Shown: piece after piece, positions 40,501 to 53,939 of the stretch | Layout: every line of letters starts with the position of its first letter | Numbering within the stretch: the stretch's first letter is position 1 | Origin: Blasia pusilla | Taxonomy: Eukaryota | DNA: 64,000 bases | Direction of reading: 5' to 3' | Assembly: GCA_050084515.1 (NCBI GenBank) | Contig: CM114271.1 | Coordinates: 15,934,001-15,998,000, forward strand | The notes under the pieces: model-generated | The model's input: only the letters and a program-made list of their open reading frames with translations | The model's database searches: none | What the model was told of the DNA's origin: nothing | Program-made: the position numbers and the translations under genes

Positions 40501-43500
40501 AGTTGAGGGCGAGCTACCATGGGGTACGGACGGAGAAGTTGCGGAGCATCCACGACTTCCAGAGGCGCCCGGTGAGAGTTTGCGTGAGGCTTACACTTGC
40601 TTGCGCCGGTTGATCAACGTCACTCAGGGGGTGATAGAGGCTCAGGCTATCCAGTCATGGTACGCGATGCTGGACCAGACCCTGCGGACACGGGTGCGGG
40701 AGGGGGTACTTCTTATGAACACCTCTGTCGTGCACATACATATCGCTACACGACATACATCGCTGGTCACATATACACCACATAACACCGATCTTCCCCA
40801 CACACGGGTCGATCCACACATGTAAAAAAAATCAACTCATAAATATACATGGAGATCACATGATCAGGTTACCCATTCGAGTCCCTTTTCCCGCACTTGT
40901 CGTGTGTGATTGAGAGTGTTGAGTATCAGGTAGTAGCTGGTACTAGGTGGATACAGTGATGGTGACGAGTATTATGTTCATGTGTAGCATGCTGGTGGAT
41001 ATATGACGGTTGTCGAGTAGGGGTCGCGTGTATGACTCGAGAGAGTGTCGCTAGGTTAGGTGAGTCAGTTGGGAGGCTCATGGTGAGCCCGAGTGTTGAG
41101 TGTGCGTGAGGCCGGGTATGTCATCACGGGATTGATGTTAGCATAGGTAAGCTAGTGAGGAGTGTGGGAGACTCTCGTTGAGTCTGAGGGCTTGAGCGGG
41201 TGAGAGAGGGTTTGTCATCACTGCGTCCTTCCAGTGTTCGGAAGAACGGGGTAGTGCAAGCAGTAGTAGTGGTGTGACACGGAGTTGAGTGAGATACGGC
41301 AGGGTTACCAATGAGGAGCTCCCTTTACATCCATCCGTGGCTGGATCGTCATCACTAGACATTGGGTCTGGTGACGAGATCGCAGACAGAGATAGTAGTA
41401 CTTGGTAGGAGATGGACGACATGGGCCATTGGGGCATGCGTCGTGTCTTGGGTGCAATGGACACCATCGACTTAGATAATTTTATCCAGGAGTTCGACAC
41501 GTGGTGCGACTTCCAGGAGATACGAACCCCGACACGGTTCAACCCTTTCATGGCATGGAAGGGGTTGTTCCAGCACTTGGAGGGTCCTCCGATGGATGAC
41601 TACATGGAGTTTCGATCACTATATTCAGTAGAGATCGATGCCTGGAGGATGTATTGGGCTCATTGGTATGTGTCCACTAGTGGTCGCGAGGCATATGATG
41701 GGATTGTGAGAGGAGAGAGACCCACACCATCAGCCCGGAGACTAGATGGAGAGGAGAGCAGTGATTTTCTTGAGAGTCGACGGGTCCATGAGCGACGGTG
41801 ACCCCAGAGGTGCCACAACGAGCACCAGTACCACGGGAGCGGGCCACTGTGCCCAGAGAGTAGGGCGGGTACCGTGAGCCTATGAGGCAACGATCCGTAC
41901 CTACATATGTTGCCTAGCAAGGACCGATGTGGTCTTGTTGGACGTGTGGAGGGGCCCATAGGCAGAGAGACTGCCCACAGCATGGGAGAGGACCACCAGC
42001 GCCCCGATTGGTTAGGAGCCACAGAGGATGGCCCCACCACAACACCATTGTGACTATTGCCACAAATATGGTCACACTAGGGATAGATGTTTTGACCTTC
42101 GCCGAGGGGCACGTCCAGAGGTAGGCCGAGGGCCTGGGGGCGGTCGTCCTGGAAGAGGTTGGGGAGTTCTTCCTGGACGTGGTGGTAGAGGACCACCACC
42201 AGCCAGAGGAGATGAAGTAAGAGCACCAGAGCCGACACTTCTCTCACGCATTGATCAGTTGGAGCAGAGAATTGCTGCCATGACGATGATGCAGCTTAGG
42301 GAAGGCACGGAGCTGCGAGCAGCTAGTGTGACTCCAACTTTTAGCTCTTACCCTGACCCGGGTGAGAATCTCTCCAGTATGGGATTTATGTGTAGTGCAG
42401 CCTAGGTTGAGGTTGCTGCAGTGGTGACTCAAGGTGTTGCGAGAGGCACCGAGCCATCGAGAGGTGGAGTTGAGATTGACCCACCAGAGGAGACTGATGG
42501 GCGGCAAGCCAGGGTTCCACAGTCATTCACATTGTCGGAGGCACTCCACACACCATCGATGGTGCCTCGACGACCAACGGTGCATACAGCTCAGGCACCT
42601 ACGTTGACGTCACGAGGAGTTAGAGTGATAACTCCTATGCCGGCTCGAGTGGAGTTAGTGTCGACCATAGTGTTGGAGGTGGCCACCAGAGTGAGTCAGA
42701 TTCCGCTATTTTCCGCCATAGAGTTGACGACGTTGGGAGTTGGACCAGCTGAGGTGTTCCGGCTGGCCGTGACGTTGTGTGAGCATGGAGAGATGATTGC
42801 TTCTTGTTCAAAGGTAGTTGAGGAGGTAGTGGACTTGCCCTCAGAGCCGGTGCTCGGAACGTTCCCCACAGAGTCATGGCATGGGGCGGCGGTGAAGTTG
42901 GTAGATATGCCAGCTCGACCGGCCATAGAGCGAGCAGTGGTGACACCTGGAGTAGTGTTACTGGATAACTAAGCTGGAGTATTTTTCTTGGTTAGTCCAA
43001 TGGGGACAGTATACCACCGGCAACACGTCCTACTTGATTCGGGAGCGCAACCCTTGATGTTAGGGAAGGTGGCGTGTTTAGCGTTGGGGTTACCGAAGGC
43101 CGACATTGAGCCTTATCCCTTCCAGATACAGACCTCGATTGGGGGCGTGTCACCCACGCAATATATGACTCGACAGGAGATAGTTGTTAGAGTCTAGCCA
43201 GAGCATGAGACGGATAGTGCTATGGTGCGCACACATGCGATTACGACACCAGCTCAGTCGTACGATGTGTTGGTGGGGAGTACAGTGTTATATCCCCTAG
43301 GATTCATGCTTGACTTATGGGAGGAGACCGTTGCTTATCGGCCATGATGGCGGTCAGGTGACGGCTGGATGAGTCAGTTACCCATGCAGTTTGCGGGACG
43401 AGGTGGTCGATCACGAGGCGATTCTGTGACCACGTTGGCGACTTTCACAGGTAGTATTAGCTGGCCAAGAGAAATGTTGGAGGGGAACACACATGCGGAG

Positions 43501-43761
43501 GATGTCCCAGTAGCGGATAGTCCCACGGAGAGACAGGCCATGGCAGGTGTCTCTTCCCATCTTGGCAAGACCTCTTCACCATTGTGGGATACGACTAGAG
43601 AGCTACAGAGGAGTGCCGACGACCTTGTGAGGCAGGCGTGGAGTCATGCTTTTATCCCGGAGCAGCAAGAGTCACCTGGCGATCGGGCTCTTGGAGTGGA
43701 GACGTTGACCCCATTGGATACCAAACCCGTTGTGTGGCAGTGCCCAGAGGAGGGTGTTAGG

Positions 43762-44675
43762 GTGTTAGATCTCTTCGGAGGGATTAGCACCGGATTGGCT
43801 GCAGTATTGTAGGCGGGCATACGGGTGCATCAGTACCTTTATGTGGAGAGAGATGAGACCGCGCGGCGAGTATCATTACGTCAAGTGGCGAGATTGGTCC
43901 AGAGGTATCTTGAGTTGTTTCCGGTATCTGCAGTACGGGGATATCAACATACTCTACCCGCCGAGATCTCTTTGGTGGGGGCGCAGGATCTGGATAGAGT
44001 TGGCACCATTCATTTGGTGATTGCTGGATGGCCATGTCAGGGTCATTCATCAGCTGGTCGAGGATTTGGATTGCAGGATCCGAGGTCAGGGATGTTTTGG
44101 GAGATGCCGTGAGTAGTACGACACTTGCAGGAGAGTCAGACATGTTCTCCAACGTACATCTTGGAGAACGTGCCGTTGTTGGGAGACACTCGTGCACGTG
44201 TGATGACGAGTGTGTATCAGGTGAGGTCCTGGTTGGGACCTGTTGTGTTATTAGATGCGGCGAGAGTTGGATCACGTGCCCATCGTCCACGACTATGGTG
44301 GACGAACCTGATACCATCAGAGGTACTGAGTCAAGCATACGATGGAGTCCAAAGAGCACCACATCTCACAATGGATGCTATTTTGGGCTCAGGGCATCGA
44401 TCTCAGGTGGTGACACGGGATGATAGACCACCATTGGCCATGGCCAATAGGGTTGGGGAGTTGAGGGCAGCCTTACCTACGTTGGTGAGCTTCCCAGCAT
44501 CCCATGCCTTTCGTCAGGGAGGGCCAGGCATGATTTGGGATGAGGTGACCGGAGCATTGGAGGAGCCTACAACATATGAGGGCAAGCGCGCCATGGGGTT
44601 TGATACCGGTACTACGGCAGTGCCAGGCATGACTGAGGCATCCCGGAGACAGGTGTTGGGATAGGCAATGGACCT
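43762..44675 (+). pseudogene. Best-preserved DNMT3-like C5 MTase domain (in-frame stops only)
   Basis: VLDLFGGISTG, YLYVERDE, IHLVIAGWPCQGHS, YILENV, SRAHRPRLWWTNL, EGKRAMGF, SRRQVLG*AMD. Confidence 0.92.
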
Positions 44676-44760
44676 CAACTGTCTCACATGGATAGTCAAC
44701 CTAGGTATGGCTGAGCAGAGATGGATGCGAGTGTCATCCATGCCGTCACGTCCACGAGTT

Positions 44761-45968
44761 GGACCATTGCCTACAGGGTCTGTACAGGCATTGGCTAGAG
44801 GTGAGACGAGGAGAGATAGGCACCCATGGACTTCCTAGGATGTCGTTTGAGTAGAGAGTATGAAGGCGGCTAGAGTAGCACATGTTCATTTTTCGGATGT
44901 GGAGCATGGTTTAGGAGGTCAGAGTGGAGTGGCTGTTGCGGAGGTGGCTAGGGTTGCTACATAGCAACCAAAGCCGGAGGTTGCGTCCTCTCAGAGTGAG
45001 GTCACGATGGAGACTTGGGAGCCTGTGATAGGTCTCAAGTTGATAGGAGGAGAGCGACCACGAGTTCATAGGTTTCTGAGAGGGCATGTCAGTTGTTTTG
45101 CCTTTAGTATGAGAGACTTGGGTACGCTGAAGGGTCCCGAGATACGGATTGAGTTGGCTAGTGATACCCCGATCCGCGCCCATCGGACCATTGCCTATAG
45201 GTTGTGTACAGGCATTGGCTAGGGGCAAGACGAGGAGAGATAGGAACCCATGTACTTCCTTGGATGTCGTTTGAGTAGAGAGTGCGAAGGCGGCTAGAGT
45301 AGCACATGTTCATTTTTTGGATGTGGATCATGGTTTAGGAGGTCAGAGTGGAGTGGCTGTTGCGGAGGTGGCTAGGGTTGCTACATAGCAACCAAAGCTG
45401 GAGGTTGCGTCCTCTCAGAGTGAGGTCACGATGGAGACTTGGGAGCCTGTGATAGGTCTCAAGTTGATACGAGGAGAGCGACGTCGAGTTCATAGGTTTC
45501 TGAGAGGGCATGTCAGTTGTTTTGCCTTTAGTATGAGAGACTTGGGTACGCTGAAGGGTCCCGAGATACGGATTGAGTTGGCTAGTGATACGCCGATCCG
45601 CGCCCATCAGACCATTGCCTATAGGTTGTGTACAGGCATTGGCTAGGGGCAAGACGAGGAGAGATAGGAACCCATGTACTTCCTCGGATGTCGTTTGAGT
45701 AGAAAGTGCGAAGGCGGCTAGAGTAGCACATGTTCATTTTTCGGATGTGGAGCATGGTTTAGGAGGTCAGAGTGGAGTGGCTGTTGCGGAGGTGGCTAGG
45801 GTTGCTACATAGCAACCAAAGCTGGAGGTTGCGTCCTCTCAGAGTGAGGCCACGATGGAGACTTGGGAGCCTGTGATAGGTCTCAAGTTGATAGGAGGAG
45901 AGCGACGGCGAGTTCATAGGTTTCTGAGAGAGCATGTCAGTTGTTTTGCCTTTAGTATGAGAGACTTG
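44761..45968 (+). repeat. Tandem triplication, 424-bp unit (MTase-RT linker)
   Basis: METWEPVIGLKL ORFs start at 45007, 45431 and 45855, period 424; the third unit is truncated. Confidence 0.95.
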
Positions 45969-48946
45969 GGGGGAGAGGGGGTCGCGTGCCGTCCGCGCCT
46001 GTCGTCGCCTGTCGCCAACCGTCCGCGCCCGTCGCCCTACCCTAGCCTTCACGACCTAACCCAACCACCTTTACTTGACAGCCCCCTGGCAGTTGGAAGA
46101 CCCACCTCTGCCCTTTTCTTCTCTCTCCCGACACCCTCACTCGCGTACATCCACCGCCCCACCGCACACTACACTCGGCTGCTGTCTTGTGTTTATCCGT
46201 ACCAGAAAAATCTGAGAAAAATGGACAGCGCTTCCGCCCACGGCCTTCCGAACAGAAAAATGACAAATACGACGCCAACCAACGTCTCCATGTGCTCTCG
46301 ACCAAGGAAACTCGCTTGCCTACCTACAAACAACAAATTCCCACCAGCCCCTTGACATCTTTCTCATGTAAAACTAAAGAGTAGTAAAAATGGCACACCC
46401 GGCCTAAAAATCCACTCCTCAATCTACATCGGCATATCGAGCCTCGTCCACCCTGTGCTATCAAGGAATCCAGACGCTAGCACCCTAGTCCTATCTCACA
46501 CACATACAAGAGAGGTGCTCCAACGGCCCAACATGAGAAAGATGCTTAGGAAAGCCACCTTCCTCTCTTATATAGGTTTGGGAAGAGCCAAAAGGCTCTT
46601 CCCCTAAAAATAGCCCTCTCCTTGGTAACCTGCGCGCACAAGTTACCATGGGCGGGTGACCTGGTCAACAAGTCACCCGGTTGTAAAATACCTCATCATG
46701 AAAGTTATCAGAAAAACGTTCCTGACACAATGGACCTATCCTCAACCTCATCCGACACCGTGGGACAAAGTTACACTCAAGATAGTCTGCTGGCTCCTAC
46801 GCCCTATTCACGATAGATCTCGGCCTATCGGCTACTCAGATGTGACATCTCACCTGCGTTGAGAGATGTTTTTAGGACCGCCAAGAGTATTGAGAACAAC
46901 ATGGCGGAAGAGACCGCAACCACCATGGGTTCTGGGCGAGAGCAATCATAATTGCCTGCACCACGAGTGCAACAACGTGGATTCCAAGATAGGTCTGTGG
47001 CACCACGAGCTTAAGGAGGATACCGAGAGGCCGTGCCACAAAGACCTGCGCCTTCACATGCGGCTCAGCAGGAGCCGCCTATGATTACTTGTTGGTCATG
47101 TCGTGGAGCCCATCATCAACGCGATTACACTCGTCATGGTCATGGTCGTGTGCCTCAGCATGGAGGAAGAGATGGTGCTGCACTAGGAGGTTATCAGTGT
47201 GACTATTATCAGAGGTATGGTCACACACGCGCTAGGTGTTTCAGCTTGCACCCTGAGTTACGTTCAAACTGAGGGACGGAGAGGGCACTAGAGCGAGTTT
47301 CCGGTCCGGGTGGACCTAGAGATCGTACACCACGTGGTCCCGTTGGGGGGACGAGGAGTTGGATTCGCCCGAGGGGATGGTGGAGTTGCCCGTGGGGGAG
47401 GTAGAGTCCCACCACCTAGGTGCGTTGAGGGAGACGCCGAGCATGAGGCTGGGATGGCTGCACAGATACAAAAACTACAATAGCAGATTGCCGCTATAGC
47501 ATTGAGGTTACCTGATGCCAGATCTGTGGCATCAGCGTCATATGGAGCAGCCAAAGATATGGAGGATCCTGGTTGGATGTGCGGGGGTTGCCCACATGGA
47601 GGCTGCTGCAATTGCTACGCGTAGAGCAATGGTAGAGTTGGATCCACAACGAGGGGAAGCCAGGAAACAGACCATGCTTCCTCAGTATTTCACATTGTCC
47701 GAGGCGATGAGGACCCCATCGATGGAACCTGATCAGAGTTCACGGAGAGTTGGTGATATTGTTGGTATGCAGGCATCGGGGACGATGGGAGAAGCAAGTG
47801 TGACGACTCCTATTGCTAATGCTCAAGAGGAGCATGTGTCGAGCACCTTGTTGGGGGCGGCCATTGTTGTGTACCGCGCTCCTTAATTTTTCTACTTCCT
47901 ATGTTATGACGTTGGGAGGTACGCCCGCCGAGGTTTTCCGACTGACCGCTACGCTATGTGAGGATGGAGTTGGAGTTCTTGCATCACGTTTAGAGGTGAT
48001 TTCAGAGGAGGTGATGGACTTGCCCTTGGAGTGGATGCTCATGCCGTCCACGTCAAATTCATGGCAATGCAAGCTGCGACTGCTAGGATGGCGGAGATGC
48101 CCACTAGACCCGCGATCGAGCGTGCTATGGCTTCTCCTAGTGTTGTATTGCTGGATAACCGGGGAGAGGTCTTCCAATTGGTGAGTCTAGGAGGTAGAGC
48201 TTTTAATCCGCAATGCGTCTTGTTGGATTCAGGAGCGCAACCCCTGATATTGGGGAAAGCGGCATTCTGAGGTTTGGACCTCACGAGGGCCAATGTGGAG
48301 CGTTGTCCATTCTAGATACTGACATCCTTGGGTGGAGCGAGTACCACACAGTACATCACCCAACAAGAGGTCATGGTGAGGATTCTCTCGGGACATCCTA
48401 CATATGAGTCTGTGGTGTGAGCCAAAGCGATAGTGATTGATGTAGAGTCCTACGACGTCTTGGTTGGTGGAGATGTGTTGTACCCGATGGGATTTTCCCT
48501 CGATTACTAGTAGGAGTCAACGTCCTACAGACCAGGATGGAAATCAAGTGATGGGCGCCGTAGCTCATTAACCCGTTTGATTCATAGGTGCAGTGATCGA
48601 GCGCCGACCAGGAGAGATGGCGACCTTAACAACATTTAGCATCGCCATCACTTGGCCTAGTGATTTGATTGAGGGACATGTCCATGCAAAGGATACTCCC
48701 GTTCCTGAAATTTCTATGGAGAGGAGTGTCATGGTCGCCGCATGAGTCCGAGAAGGAGAGGTGATGCTTTGGGGCTTGACTGAGGAGCTTTGTCGCTTAG
48801 CCATTAAGCATGTGCACATCGCGTGGAGCAAGACGTTTGCACCAAAGCGTGATAGGTCAGAGGAACCCGAGGTAGCCAGGAGTGCTTCTATGACCTCTTT
48901 AGACACTACCCCAATTGTGTGGTGCATCCCAGAGGAGGGTATTCGG

Positions 48947-49575
48947 GTGTTGGATCTCTTTGGAGGGATCAACACTAGGTTAGCTGCTGTTTTGCAGTCA
49001 GGACGCGTGCAACAGTACTTGTATGTGGACATTGATGATGTTGCAAGGCGCGGTTCACTTCACCATGTGGTGCAGTTACGCCTCTGTTTATCCAACTTGT
49101 TGTCTGCGTTCGTTGTCTAGGGATACCAGAATTCCCTACCAAGGGATATTTCATTGTTGGGGACGCAAGACTTGGAGCGGGTAGGGACCATAGTCTTGGT
49201 CATTGCTGGTTGGCCGTGTCAGGGCCAATCGAGTGTTGGATGAGGTAGCGGGTTAGCTGACACTCGGTCCAGGTTGTTTTGGGAGATGATGCGGATTTTG
49301 CCACACTTGTAGGAGCATCAAGCTCGTTCTGCAGCATACATTTTGGAGAATGTGCCGATCTTGGGAGATTCGAGGTCACGGTTGGTGACGAGTGCACATC
49401 AGGTGATTGCATGGATCGGCTCAACTATGTTTTTGGATGCGGCGAGTGTAGATTCTAAAGCACACCACCCGCGTCTTTGGAGGACCAACTTGGTCCCACA
49501 TGAGGTGTTGCGGAGGGCATATACGCGAGTGGAGCACCCCTTCCAGTTGTTGGTGGATTCCATATTGGATCCGGG
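48947..49575 (+). pseudogene. Partial C5 MTase domain (F1-b)
   Basis: VLDLFGGINT, LVIAGWPCQG, YILENV, AHHPRLWRTN; C-terminal part deleted. Confidence 0.85.
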
Positions 49576-52500
49576 CCAGGGTATGGGATTTTCAGCTTAG
49601 GACTAGCTGAGCAACGTTATTTGAGGATGTTACAGATCATAACTGTTGCGTTGGTGAACCCCATGCCTATTGAGATGGTTGAGGTAGTGGCTGGGGGCGA
49701 GACTCAAGGAGATCGACATAGCAGGGATGATCAGGAGAGACACCCTTGGACTTCTTGGGATGTTTTGTAGGTACGCTAGGAGATGGTAGCCACAATATTG
49801 AGCGTGGTTTCGGGTATTTCACATGGAGATCAGATTTTGCACTTGACTGTAGGAGAACAATCGAGTTATGTTGTCCAAGACGGGTTTGCACCATAGCAAC
49901 CACCTGCACCCGCACCGGAGAGTTCTACCGTAGTCACGATGGAGACTTGGGAGCCAAACATGGGCCCTAAGTTGACAAGAGGAGAGGGGCGCCAGATACA
50001 CCAGTTCCTGAGGAGTTATAGGAGCTATTTTGCATTTAGCATGCTGGATTGGGGTACGCTGAAGGGTCCAGGGATCCGCATTGAGTTGTCGAGTGACACG
50101 CCGATCTTCAGATGACCCTACAAGTATAGTGACATGGAGAGGGCTCTGATTCAGAGTAGGAGCCAAGACTTGGTTGGAGCAGGACTAGTGGAGATGTCGC
50201 TCTGCGACTATCATGCCTGCGAAGAACAATGTGCATGGCAACTGGACAGATAGGCGGATGTGTGGAGATTATTGACCTATATCAACCGGTAGACGAAGTC
50301 CGATAGGTCAATATTGGGCATGCAAAGGTCTTCACTTTCTTGTGTACATACACATTGCTACATAACATACATCGCTCTTGACAAACATACACACAAACAT
50401 GCACGATCCCATGCTAACTCATGGTATCCAAACAATGAGACAAGAAGTACCAAAATATCTCCTATAAATCAAGATCCAATCTCTCTCAACATTAGAGCTC
50501 TCAAATGTGTGCACTCTCACATGTTGCTCTCAATGTCAAACCAAACCCACTCTCTTACTAAGAGGCTTAGGTTACACATACAAGGCAAGCAAGACCATAG
50601 CTCCGCCGCCTCATGCCAAGAGGTTCAACAAAGAGAGAATGAGCTCTCGAGCTCTCTCTCCTTGAAGTATACCCCCTTCCCTCTCCCAAGCTCTCTCCTA
50701 GATAACCTATGCTTGTACGTCACCTCCTTGGCTCTTGACTTGATGAAGCGGGTTAAGGGCCACTTCCCAAAGTGGAAAGTAAACTATCCAAATGGGACCT
50801 TACCCAAAATAGTAAGTTTTTCTATATGGCTCTAGATGAGCCCAAACGAAGGGGAAACCTGCTCTCTTAGGTTTTCCGCGACCTCAGCAAGTCATCCTCG
50901 ACCTCCTGGGCATGTCCTCCTCTACTCGCAAAGAAGTTCTACTAGATCTCTCTGATCTATCCTGAAAAGTCATGACAATTATTGTGCGCATACACATCGC
51001 TATGTCCAATCGCCCCCCTAGCTGGTGGTTAGGTCCCTCTAACTTGAGATAGCCATCTATCCCTACCTACAATGACACACATCTCTTGAACGCTAAGAGC
51101 AAAAATTTCGGGTGCTCATGTGGCCCCATCATTAGTCGCCTTCTTGTCATCCATGTTACAGACACAAGTCGGAATCTAAACTACCTACTCTATGTACATT
51201 TGGGACACATCCATCGTCCCTTATGGACCCTAGTGAGAGGTGGCGTCAGACATGCCATATGCTATCCTCTCGAATACCCATCACAAACTAGCATAGTGGT
51301 TTCACCACGGGCGGAACCACACAGCATACACCGTAAGCCTACAGGAACTACTCCTAAGCTCGGATCAATTGTATCATCAATGTTCGGAAGATGACATGGC
51401 GCACACTTATGCATATGGTCCTTCCAAACCATACCATCGTGTCCCTCCAATAAGAGAACATCAGATGGAAAAACTTCACGCACTCTTAAGATGGTGCGCC
51501 CTGCAGTCACAACAAACGTCGTGGGTGCCGTCTGCTGCAAGTAGACATAGTCTCCCTGATGAAACCTTGGGATGGTAGATTGATAATCACATCCTCGAAT
51601 AGTCGTAAACCTCAACGTATCTCGATGTTGCGTAATCGCCAAGTTCTCAAATGCCATGGGCATCACTCTCGAAAACAACTCAACCCTCTGAGAACATGCT
51701 TGCATCCATACATCAGGGTCATCACAGTTCAACATCTCACCAACATCTCCACGAATGGCCACAAGAATCTGGCTCTTGGCCATAAAGTAGTAAGTACGGT
51801 GAGAAAGACGTTAAGGATGCATGCATGCTGAATTTGTATCCCATCGCCAACCACGGTAATAGGAGGTCCCAATCTCCTAAGCGATCTCTCTGCAAGCCAT
51901 AGTTATGTAATCCTCTCGTCACCGTGTGCACAACCCTCTCCGCTCTTCCATCCGTCTCAAGATGATGGCGTGGAGTAGTGCAGTGGTCGATCAACGCCTC
52001 ATCACACAAAGCGTGAAACTCCCCGCAAAACTCTGTACCCTGGTTTGTCAACACCTCAGCTGGTGTGCCATAATGACTCAGCACTCAATCTAGGAAGGCA
52101 TACACTACTTCTTCACTCGCTTTGTCAAGAAATGCAACCAACTCTATCCACTTCGAGAAGTGCTCGACCATCACCGACACATAACGACTATGGCGCTCCA
52201 TCAAAGGCAAAGGTCTTGACCCTTGACGTACCCTTGATAGAAGTTTTCCAATCCCATGAATGCACAAACTCGACTCATATCTGTAGGGCATGGAATACGT
52301 GAAATAGCCTCTACCTTCAAAATGTGCGACAGCCCACACTGCAAGCAAGCACTCACCCTCAAACGAGCTATACATTGCCTCTGCAGCATTGTTCGGGCGA
52401 CTAGCGTAAGCCACCATGAACTCTCTACCATCATCGTCATGCCCGGTGAGCACAGCTCCAAGCCCCAACATGCTCCAATAGGTATGCAATTGGAAAGAAC

Positions 52501-53939
52501 GCCCCCTGATCGCTCTCCTCAATATGGGCGCGGACGTCAATCTATCCTTGAGTATCTGAAATGCTCTCTCCTCCTCATCCTCCCAGTGCCACTCTTGATC
52601 CAGATTGGTCAGCAAGGTCAACGGCTTCGCAATCGAGTTGAAATCCTTGACTTACCTTCGATAGAAGTTTGGCATTCCCATGAATGCACAAACTCGACTC
52701 ACATCTATAGGACGTGGAATGCGTGTAATAGCCTCTACCTTCGTCTGTTGCACACCAAGGCCACCTGGGTATATCGTATGATCCAAGTACTCGATGTGGT
52801 CGTAGAAGAACTTGCACTTGTGTAGATATAGCTTTAGCCAATGTAACTGCAATCGTCGAAATACCTCCTCTAGATGCATATGTTGCTCATGCTCCTCAAC
52901 CGTGGCGCTAAAGACTACGATGTCATCAATATAACACCTAGCAAAATCCAGACCTACCAAGATCCTATCCATGACCTTATGAAACTCAACCAGGGCGTTC
53001 TTTAACCCAAATGTAAGAACCGCCACTAGTACAACCAATCCTTCCCGTGAGGATCGATGCCCTAAAATACCATCTTCTGCCTGTCCTCCAAACTGATAGG
53101 CCGCTGATGGTATCCGGCTCGGAGATCTAACGAACTGAAGACCTTTGCATGCCCAATAACATCAAATTTCTCCTCAAGAGTGGGCATGGCATACCTATCA
53201 GATTTTGTCTGCAGATTGATAGGTCGGTAATCTCCACACATTCGCCTATCCGTCCTGTTGCCATGCACATCCTTCTCCGCGGGCATGACAATGGTAGATG
53301 TATACTCTCCATGCGACAATTCCACTGGTCATGCTCCAATCAAGTCTTGGCTCCTACTCTGAATCAGAGACCTCTCCATGTCATTATACTTGTAGGGTCG
53401 CCGGAAGATCGGCGTGTCACTCAACAACTCAATGCGGATCCCTAGACCCTTCAACATATCCAAATCATGCATACTAAATGCAAAACAACTCCTATAACTC
53501 CTAAGGAATTGGTGTTTCCGGCGCCGCTCTCCTCCTGTCAACTTAGAGCCTATATCTGGCTCCCAAGTCTCCATCTTGACTATGGTAGGACTCTCCGGCG
53601 CGGTTCTTGGTGGTTGCTATGGTGCAAACCCATCTCGGACAATAAAACTTGACTGCTTCCCTAGAGCCAAGTGCAAAATCGGATCTCCATGTGCAGTACC
53701 CAAAACCACGCTCGATGTTTTGACTACCATCTCCTGGTGTACCTGCAAAACATCCCAAGAAGTCCAAGGGTGTCTCTCCTGATCACCCTTGGTATGTCCA
53801 TCTCCTCAGGTCTCGCCCCTAGCCACTGCCTCAACCATCTTGATAGGCATGGGGCTCACCAACGCAACTACTGTGATCTATCGCATTGTCAAACGACGTT
53901 GCTCAGCTACTCCTAAGCTCAAAATCCATGTCAAAAAGT

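Larger units (their letters stand above)
40726..46847. mobile_element. F2-like element with minus-strand termini but a plus-strand (inverted) gag-PR-MTase interior
   Basis: A end TGTCGTG at 40726; reversed leader+B at 45970-46847 ending GTGACA; TSD CCTC/TCTC. Interior 40860-45968 is homologous to F2-a in + orientation. Confidence 0.8.

Noticed and set aside
43762-44675. Host DRM/DNMT3 gene or bacterial restriction-modification MTase
   Set aside because: Intronless, in frame within the retroelement polyprotein, and repeated in six element copies.
44761-45968. CRISPR-like or regulatory array
   Set aside because: Whole 424-bp units are duplicated, with no unique spacers; eukaryotic context.
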